Below, in pieces: positions 56,175-64,000 of a stretch of DNA of 64,000 nt. Within the stretch, counting starts at the first letter, position 1. Each line of letters starts with the position of its first letter. The notes beneath the pieces were generated by a model. The model was not told the DNA's origin. It did no database searches and was given only the letters and a program-made list of their open reading frames with translations. The DNA lies in the NCBI GenBank assembly GCA_013265495.1, contig MU060807.1, forward strand, positions 3,032,921 to 3,096,920, given 5' to 3'. This DNA is from Vicugna vicugna (Eukaryota). The translations under genes were made by a program, and so were the position numbers.

Positions 56175-57829
56175 TAGCCAAACTCTGGTTTTCCTATCGA
56201 AGCCACTGAAGATGGCAGGAAAACACAGAGGAAATCTCATTTCAAAGTTTGGGAGTTCCCGGCCAAAGTTGGGTGCGGCAGGGACACTGAGGCAAGTCTG
56301 TTCCTGGGAGACACAGGACTCCCCTGAAGGTCGACTTCAGCTCAAGGACTCCCTCACAGTTTAACAGAAACTTCCAGGGGCTGCACAGCAATCCTAGACA
56401 CTTCGACCCAACCTTCCTGCTCTCTCTCCTTCACCTGGGCCAGACCTGCTCTCCCCACCCCTCCTGGCTCCTACCCCGTTTCTCTCATGGATATTTCCCC
56501 TAATACATTGAATTCCCTTTGGCATCTGCTGCTTGGAAGACCTGGACTAACACAGTGGGTCTTCTGCATGGGAAAGTACATAGGATTTAAAAAAAACTGG
56601 GGTGTCTGGTTACATGCCTTGGGAAGAGTTTGCCCTTGGCCCTGAGAAAGGCCTTGGAGAGGACATTTTTAAGGGAAGCAGAGTTTTGAAAAGAAGGAGC
56701 TGGCTCTTCTGTACTCAGAGGAAGTAGTGCAGAGAGCTAGCTGCAAGCTCAGGTGCTATGTTTGAAAGAAAGTTGTAAGCAACAGAGAAGAAATATACAT
56801 GCACCCAGAGGCTGATACCCTGTGGGTCCTCAATGAATGAATGAATGAATGGATGGATGAGTGGGTAAATGCCTTAGTTTCAAAGTGGACAGTAGCCACT
56901 TTCCAAAGGCAAGAATTCACGATCACAGGAAAGACTTAGGAGATACCAACTTTAGCTGGACTTGCAAAAATTTAAAAACATAAAAAACCAAAATGGAAAA
57001 ACATGGCCAATGACAGGATCTCCTTAGGTCCGACCCATGGGTACCAGCACTGTTTGCCCCAGGGCAAACATGGGTTGTCCGTGATGCTGACTTTGGACAT
57101 CCTCTGACTATGGCCCCCTGGTCCCCACTTCTTGAACCAAATTCCATTCAGCTTGTATTTCTGCCTGGATTAAAAGGCTCCATTTATTTGCTGTGTGCAG
57201 TGGCTTTAATAATTTCCATTTCAAATCCAGATTCCCCAAGCTGGAAGAACTGCTTCCTAGAGAGAATATTCCAGAATGCTGAGGATTTGGCCAGTCCATC
57301 CACGTCCACCTCGTTCATCTACTAAAGGATATAGCAGGTTCTCATTCTTTTTCCTCTTCTCCTTTCCAGGGTGAAGAGTTCTCATCATTTGCTTCTCACA
57401 TCATATGAAAACAGTTCCGTCTTTTTTGGGACCCTTTCTGGTTCAGTGAACACAGGGTCCAGGGCGACAGGGTTCAGTGTTTCAGATCCAGCTGAATCCT
57501 GCCTGGAGGAAGGGACAAGGTGATGCTCTCGTATTGGCCTTTTTAGAGACAGCCGCCCCTGGAGATGCTCACATCAGGAATCAGTTGATGACTCTACAGA
57601 ACTTATTTCTGGACCACAACCGAGAGCTCAGAGCTGATCAATTTACAAATGTTATTGAATTATTTCCCCCTAAATCCAAGATCATCCTTAGACCTGGTCC
57701 TCCTCTGCCTGTGTCCCTCCCCATGAAATGAGTGCTCCACAGGGCCAAAGACCTATGTCCCTCCAACAGACCATGCTTTGCCCCAAGCTAATGTTGGGGC
57801 AAAACTGCTAGTGTTGCACCCCGTATCTG

Positions 57830-58225
57830 AGTGGCCAAGGGGTGGCTGTGTGCAGGGGTGTGGACAAAGCTTAGGATGTCCACAAAGCTTGGGGTGTCCA
57901 CGTGCATTCTCTTGAGGACGTTTGGGGTGTGGAAAGTGTAGGAGGGGGAAGAGCAGGGGACCATCTGTGGATGGGGAGCTGAGGGCTGGGAGATGGCTAG
58001 GCTGCCATGTTTTGGTGCAGAACTTCTGAGAATCCTACATTTGAACCTGGCTTCCCGGTTGGTAGGAAGGTATGTTTGTCAAGGTGGGAAGATCAGATAC
58101 ACTTGATTTGGTAGTTTCTTTTAGCTTGACTTAGTTAAAATATTGGGATATTGGGACATATGGTATATGGGGCCCCCATTGGTATTTTAGCCCTAGCCCC
58201 CCAAATTTTAGGGATAGATCTGCCT
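57830..58225 (-). mobile_element. MER115-like hAT-Tip100 DNA transposon fragment
   Basis: Reverse complement contains ccatataccatatgtc, tcaagcta, ccaccttgacaaacataccttc, gccaggttcaaat, gtggacacccca and cagccaccccttggccac, matching my recall of the MER115 consensus. Confidence 0.55.
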
Positions 58226-59087
58226 GATCTATTACTTTAGATACACAATGGAGTTTCTCTCTCCATTCAAGAGCTACTGGGATTTTCCTGAAGTTTCTCC
58301 AGGGGGGCTCCAAGTTTCACTGCTTGCAGAAGCCAGGTGTCAAGCTCAGGTCTAGATTTTCCACGGCACCTTCCCTCCTTGGGATCATTTGTGAAAATGT
58401 TAACTAAGTGTGATGCTGGCAGAAAGCTCTGTGTCAGCTTTGCTACCATTCAGACAAGGGTCTTTGTTCTCCCTCCCTAAGTCGTTTTGTTTACGTCCAT
58501 ATTTGTGCCTCATCCACTTCCAAATGGATGGACTTGAGGTGATTTACGGGGAAAGGGCAGTTAAGGATGCTGCCTGAGGAGGTTCTGCCCCAGAGTGAGG
58601 CTGGGTTGTTCCTGTATCTGGGCATTATACTTGGTTCTGGATTTCCTGGAAGTCAAGACAAAATGGGAAACCAGATAGGGTGTGTGGTACTTATTGCCAA
58701 ACAAGAACACCCGAGTCCTTTCAATCAGTGAGTATTTTCTCTTGGCATGAGATGCTGGGAGGATTCTCTTGTACAAGAGGCCCTGGATGACGAAATGGGC
58801 AGTTGTCATTTTGCAGAAGATGCAAAGCTTTGCTTATAGCTTTTGTATCGACCTTTGCTAAAAGCCAGGGCCTAACATTAAATTGCACTTCCGTAGAGGT
58901 CTCTCAATGGGAACTGGGCTAATGCTGTCTAAAAACGTTGCTTTCCTGTGACTTCATGATTCCGGGGGAACATTTAGAAAACCAAGATGAATGGGGTGGT
59001 TACCATGGCTCTTATAGTGGCTCTGACTGACTTTTTTTTTTTAAAACCAAGACAGGAAATTCAAATGCCATAAAGAAAAGAATTGAG

Positions 59088-59230
59088 GAGGGAAGGTAGA
59101 GCTCAGGGGTCGAGGGCATACCTAGCATGCATGAGGTCCTGGGCTCCATCCCCAGTACCTCCACTAAAAAAATAAATAAACCTAATTACCTCCCCGACTG
59201 GAAAAACAAAACAAAACAAAAAAGAAAAAG
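59088..59230 (+). mobile_element. Camelid Vic-1-type tRNA-derived SINE
   Basis: tRNA-like head (gctcaggggtcgag...cctagcatgcatgaggtcctgggctccatccccagtacctcc) with degenerate A/B boxes, AATAAA/cctaattacctcccc body and A-rich tail. 10-bp direct repeat aaagaaaaga at 59072-59081 and 59221-59230 is consistent with a TSD. Confidence 0.8.
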
Positions 59231-59434
59231 ATCGATAGATCTGATGGTATAGAAACACAAAGTGTTCTGGTTGATGAAAGATACCAGCAACAAAATCAAA
59301 CGAGAAATGACAGAAGAAAAATACTGGCAAGGGTATGACAAGGGTTAAAACACCTGGTAGTACAAAGAGCTCTCAAAAGGAAATCTTAATAGAAAAATGA
59401 ACAAAGTCTATGAATTGGTATCTTTTATATGGGG

Positions 59435-59810
59435 GTATGAATGGTCAGTTTCATGTGTCACCTAGAGTCCTAGTGATTCAATTAAACAATAACCTAGATG
59501 TTGCTGTGAAGGTGTTTTATAATGTGGTTAACATCTGCAATCAGTTGACTTGTTAAATCTTCAATAATCCGGCTGGGCCTTATCCAGTTAATTGTAAGAC
59601 TTTAAAAGCAAAACTGAGGTTTCCCTGAGAATGAAGAAATTCTGCCCCAAGAAATTCTTCTCCTGCCTGAGAATTTCCAATCTGCGAGCCTGCCCTACAG
59701 ATTATGGACTTGCCAGCTCACACAGCAACATAAACCAATTCCTTGAAATAAATCTCTCTTTATATATATATTTCTTACTGGTGCTGTTTTTTTTAGAGAA
59801 CCCTGATACA
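59435..59810 (+). mobile_element. MLT2 (ERVL) solo LTR
   Basis: Characteristic segments tcagtttcatgtgtca, gggccttatccagttaattg and ccaattccttgaaataaatctctctttatatatata, ending agagaaccctgataca. Confidence 0.75.
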
Positions 59811-59984
59811 AAATAAAATATAATGGTTCAATAAAACTTTGATAATGGTCAATATTGGCTGAGGCCTGGGGAAGCAGGCACATGTGGAGACATCATTGGT
59901 GAGAGTACACACCAGCGCATTTTGGAGAGCAACTGACAATATCTTTCAAAGTTACACTTGCAAATTCCTTTGACTCAGCAACTC

Positions 59985-60008
59985 TTTTTTTTTTTTTTTT
60001 TTTTTTTT
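59985..60008. repeat. Poly(T)24 tract (poly(A) tail of a short minus-strand retro-insertion)
   Basis: T24 flanked by near-identical 14-bp direct repeats at 59971-59984 and 60027-60040. Confidence 0.85.
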
Positions 60009-61484
60009 CCAAAATTAACAGATGGGTGACTCAGCAGTTCTGTGGCTTTGCTTGCAAAAGCACACCAAGTTGAGTGCGCAAGGCTGCTCACTGTAGTATT
60101 TGTAGGAGCAAATAATTCAGCAGTTGGGACGGGTAAATAAACCCCAGAATATCCATGCAATGCAATATCATGAAACTGATAAAAGAAGGAGGTAGATCTG
60201 TGTGTGTGGTTGGGGAAAAACTATATTATTAAGCGAAAGAGGGAGGGGCAGAGAGGTCTGCTTGTATGATGGCTTCACTTAGGTGTATATGCTGGTTGTG
60301 TATGAACTTTGTTTAAGGAGGCAACAGAGGCTGACGGTTACCTTTGAGGTTCTGGGGATGGTGAGGTGGGATTGCAGAGGACTTTTACTTTCCATTTTAT
60401 TTCTTTCTTTTTATTTTTAATAAAAATGTTGCTTGCATTACCTTTTTAAAAAAGTGTTAACTGGGATTATTTGAGTGGGCGTTATAGGCTATGTTCTCTT
60501 TTTGTGTTTTTCTGTATTAAAAATCCCTAAAGAATATAATAAACCAGTTGATGAAGTAAAGTCATAAAAGAGTGATCCTTTGCTTAACCTAGAGTAAGTT
60601 GCTTTTTGACAAAAAAGAACAAAAAATTGATCATGGATACACATGCATATATTTAACAGTGGTTAACAGTGGATGTCTCTGTGGCAGGCTTAGGGTTTAT
60701 TTACAATGCACTCTTTGTGGTCATCTGTATTTTATTATTCTTCATCAACGAATAACCATTACTTCTGTGATAAGAAAAGCGTCTGTGTAACGTGTTGGGG
60801 AAGCATGGATGAGATAAGACAACTCAGGTAAAAGCCAAGAGGAATGCCGGTGTCTAGCCTAACTGTTGCTTAAAAAAAACGCTTGGTTATATTTTTCCAA
60901 GTAAATCTAGCATGCTAAAAGGTGCTTAAAAAAAGATCAAGCTCTTTGAGCAGAAGGAGTCTGAGCAGCAACTGTTCCGTTTTGTCACTTTCAGCAGGCA
61001 TTACCACCTTGGATATCCGAGGAGCAGGTGGCAGAGATGACAGACCCTCTGTTCTGAAAATCAGAGAGCGTTTTCATCTCCTCATCCTTGCAGCAGGTTA
61101 ACACACTCTTCGGAGACCTGTGTTTTTCTCAAAAAAGAAGCATTGCCTCTGCCTGAATTCCCTGATAAGGGCTTGGTAGAAACTCAATTTTGCATTTCAG
61201 AGACTGCAGAGCAGAGGGGCATTAGACCTGGAAAATGTTCAGCGTTGGTGTTATCAGTTACTTGCTTTGTTAAATCAGTTTCCAGTTCACGATAAAGCAT
61301 TTTTTCATTTTGGGGGAAGCTGTTTTCAAAACAGCCTTGGAGTGGATACCCGGATGACAACCAGCTCAAGAATGCTGTGTCTTATTAACTCTTTGATGTC
61401 AGGTTTCTTCATTGTCAGCACTGACCAGGATCAAAGGGCAGCTGACTTCTCTCTAGGCCTCTTTAGCAGGATGGAATGCTTATA

Positions 61485-61690
61485 TGGGCCGCACCCAGGG
61501 TTTAATCCTGACTTTGCTGATTACTAGCCATGTGACCTTGGACAAGTTACTTGCTCTCTGAGCCTTGATTTCTTTACCTGAAAAGTGGGGATAACATTGC
61601 CTTTCCTCTAGATTTGTAGTGAGGATTCAATGCAATAACTACATGAAATACGGAGCATAGCACATAGTGGCTAGAAAAGATGGACTACAG
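61485..61690 (+). mobile_element. MIR SINE
   Basis: ttactagccatgtgaccttggacaagttacttgctctctgagccttgatttctttacctgaaaagtggggataaca...gtgaggattcaatgcaataa. Confidence 0.8.
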
Positions 61691-61829
61691 TTGGGTCCAA
61701 CATGAACGGAAAGGTTTCTAAAAGAGTTGCTGAGAACAATTATGCCTTATGACTGGTTCCTGGGTGCTAGACAGAGTTTCTTAGCAGAGCTTACAGGGCC
61801 AGGGGAAGAATGACAATGAAGGAACAATA

Positions 61830-61950
61830 GGTCATTGGTTTATTCATTTTCCATCAATTGCTTGTTGAGCATATACTATGTGCCAAATGTGGTTTTAGCC
61901 ACTGGGGATGCAATGCTCATGGACCTTCTAACCCAGTGGGAGAGACCCAA
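61830..61950 (-). mobile_element. L2 LINE 3' end
   Basis: ttattcattttccatcaattgcttgttgagcatatactatgtgccaaatgtggttttagccactggggatgca. Confidence 0.65.
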
Positions 61951-62682
61951 CGAACCCGGCCCTTGCAATACAGGAGCTCCTTCATCTGTGAACACGTTGG
62001 GTTGTGAAAAGATTTTTAAATTGGAAGACCAAAGTGACCACGAGGGGGTTTGTGGTTGTTGTCCTTGGAGGCATTTCCACCAAAAAGAAATGTGAGCTGG
62101 CTCTCCAAAGCTTTAAAACCACGCTTCTTGATGACATGTCTTTTACATGACATCTTTCCCCAAGGGAGACAGTATTGTTTGTGGCAGAAATCTGTTGAGC
62201 AGTGAGTGACATGAGCTCCTACGTTGGTGACTCCACCTGATTTCTGGAATAATCTTGCATTTCTGCAGGAAGAGATAAAGGATGAGTGAAGTATAAACCT
62301 TGATGTTAAAAGTGATTATCTCAGAGTAATGAGATTAAAGGCAATTTAGTCTTTTTGTTTTTGCCCTTATCTGTATTTCACAATTTATTTTTCTAAAATG
62401 AACATGTGTTGCTTTTGTAATTTTGACCAACTTGTTTTGAATCACAAGCCACAGATGGTTCTATTGGCCCAAGGTTTATTCTGATCTGAACCACATCAAA
62501 GGGAGAAGTGAGGGTGGGGGTCTTGAGACAGGAAGGGCAGGAGGCGCCATCCTTGAGGAGCTGTGAGGGAAAGTCAGAAGGACAGAGGATTTGAGTGAAC
62601 AGAAGTCATGGGGCAGCCAAAGCCATGGAGTGGAGGATGAGGCAGCTGCTGTAGGGGAGGGTCTAGCTTTTGTGGGGTCTTC

Positions 62683-63100
62683 TTTCAGTTTTCTATTGCC
62701 ACAATAATGCTGCCATGAACTCTCCCAAGCTCAGTGGCCCGCGACAAGTCTGTGAGTCGGCAATTTAATCTGGACGTTCCTTCTGGCCTCAAACGGGCTC
62801 TCTGGCGAGTCTGAGGGTCAGCTGGCTGTTGGTTAGGGCAGCCTAGCTCTGTTCCATGTGTCTCTCAGTCCAGCCACAGGTTAGCCTGATGTCTTCTCAA
62901 GGCAGAAGCAGAGGTGCCTGGAAACAAGAGAAGATGCAGGAAGCCTCCAGAGGCTGGGGTTTGGAAGTGGTGCACCATCACTTACATTTTTTTGGGCAGA
63001 GTAGGTCACAATTCTGGTCCAAACTCAAGGGGAAGTGGGGCAGACTCTACCTCTTTGTGAGAAGAGCTTTGGGGTCAAATAGCTATGGGGTAGATATCTA
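62683..63100 (-). mobile_element. MLT1 (ERVL-MaLR) LTR remnant
   Basis: cagttttctattgccacaataatgctgcc...ctcagtggc...ctctgttccatgtgtctctca...aggcagaag...ccaaactcaaggggaagtgggg resembles old MLT1 consensus in reverse. Confidence 0.6.
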
Positions 63101-63729
63101 GGGTGGGACAATCTCTCACAGGCCTGAAGCTTATACATCGTTGGGGGCTCCTTTTAAGAAAAAAGGATCCCCAAAGTATAAATACAAAGTTTTATATAGG
63201 AGCCTGATGGAGGAAAGGGTGCTGACATTTAAGCTCCATCAGATTCGTGGCAAAAATTTGCCTCACTTCCTCACTTCCACAAAGATGCAAGGAGCTAGAA
63301 GCCCTGGTGAGTGAAGCCAAGAAGGGAGACACAGCAGAGCCGCTGTCATGGTGGCAGAGCCCAGAGTGAGGCCTCTTCAGCCCCGAGGGGCCTGGATTGT
63401 GGGCAACCGTCTGCTCTGGTCCTGATGAAGCCTGGTTGAACACTGTTTCTTGTTTGTCACCTGAGAGGCTTAGTTCCTTGGTTTTCTTCAGTTTCACCTG
63501 ATTTAGACTTTGGTTTTGGAATTCTCAAGTGGGTCTTGCCACAGACTTTTTGTGGACTTTCTAATCCAGAGTGGGAGAGGCTCATCGAAACCAGCCCTTT
63601 CAATACAGGAGCTCTTCCACCTGAGAACAGATTGGGTTCTGAAAAGACTGTGATTTGTTAAGTCTGATATGACCAAGAGACGTAGCTTGAGCGAGTCTTT
63701 GTTCCTTGTAACCAGAACCCAGTGATTGC

Positions 63730-63935
63730 ATCAACACAACATAATACACGAGCACACACACACTCCATGTGTACACAGAGAACCAGCATGCACAGTGCAA
63801 TGCACACGTGTAACACAGTGCCCACACACAGGCCCACATACAAACACGAAGAGACCGCCACATGCTCATACATGCATGCACACATGTGCCCACGGACTCT
63901 CACATTCACGCATGCATGCACACACACACACAGAT
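63730..63935. repeat. (CA)n-rich degenerate simple repeat
   Basis: caacacaacataatacacgagcacacacacactcc...catgcatgcacacacacacacagatgc. Confidence 0.75.
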
Positions 63936-64000
63936 GCTTCAGGGCAGGGGGCATCTCAGATAATCTGCCTAGTGCCTCCCTTCACAGGTGGGGACAGGGA

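Larger units (their letters stand above)
59045..60800 (+). mobile_element. Fragmented old L1 (L1M/L1ME-type) ORF2 3' end and 3' UTR, interrupted by a SINE, an MLT2 LTR and a poly(T) insertion
   Basis: A-rich segments resemble L1 ORF2-end/3' UTR consensus (e.g. ttgactcagca..., aaataaaccccagaatatccatgcaatgcaatatc, tattattaagcgaaag); no intact ORF. Confidence 0.6.

Noticed and set aside
57000-57300. Possible Gypsy/ERV integrase C-terminal remnant (WYPWVGPKEIL on minus) and two short GC hairpins (57051-57070; 57778-57802)
   Set aside because: The resemblance is a few residues in a stop-interrupted frame, with no DDE core or RT motif recognisable. 9-10-bp inverted repeats are expected by chance. 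Only a profile-HMM/Dfam search could rescue it.
59088-59165. tRNA gene
   Set aside because: The tRNA-like head has degenerate A/B boxes, no complete cloverleaf, and continues into an A-rich tail with a TSD, so it is a SINE.
56000-64000. CD300LF, expected nested in this RAB37 intron by human synteny
   Set aside because: No signal-peptide or Ig V-set exon found on either strand; probably beyond the right edge.

Overview
This is mammalian genomic DNA, very probably camelid: it carries a Vic-1-type tRNA-derived SINE, and I saw no Alu, Bov, PRE or Can-SINEs. It is the orthologue of the human 17q25.1 block in reverse orientation: TMEM104 (minus, first seven coding exons; the 3' exons run off the left edge), NAT9 (plus, complete, 206 aa), SLC9A3R1/NHERF1 (minus, complete, 366 aa) and RAB37 (minus, complete 223-aa isoform plus an upstream alternative P-loop exon; its distal first exon lies beyond the right edge). 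I rebuilt all coding exons by hand, with GT-AG boundaries and consistent phases. The rest is intron, three CpG-island promoters and mostly ancient repeats (MIR, L2, MER20/MER33/MER5/MER115, L1M, MLT1/MLT2). Almost all ORFs in the supplied six-frame track are non-coding by-products of GC-rich DNA. I found no CRISPR array, no prokaryotic or viral system, and no evidence of a wholly new gene. The best leads are a duplicated, in-frame, mutually exclusive GTPase P-loop/switch-I exon in RAB37; a diverged TSS-proximal hairpin at the position of human MIR3615; a tiny poly(A) retro-insertion whose target-site duplication doubled an ARE/NF-E2 motif; a GAG/GAG tandem splice acceptor in NAT9; and an ~95-bp local duplication near the right end. 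Repeat-family names and comparisons to human come from my recall of consensus sequences and need database confirmation.
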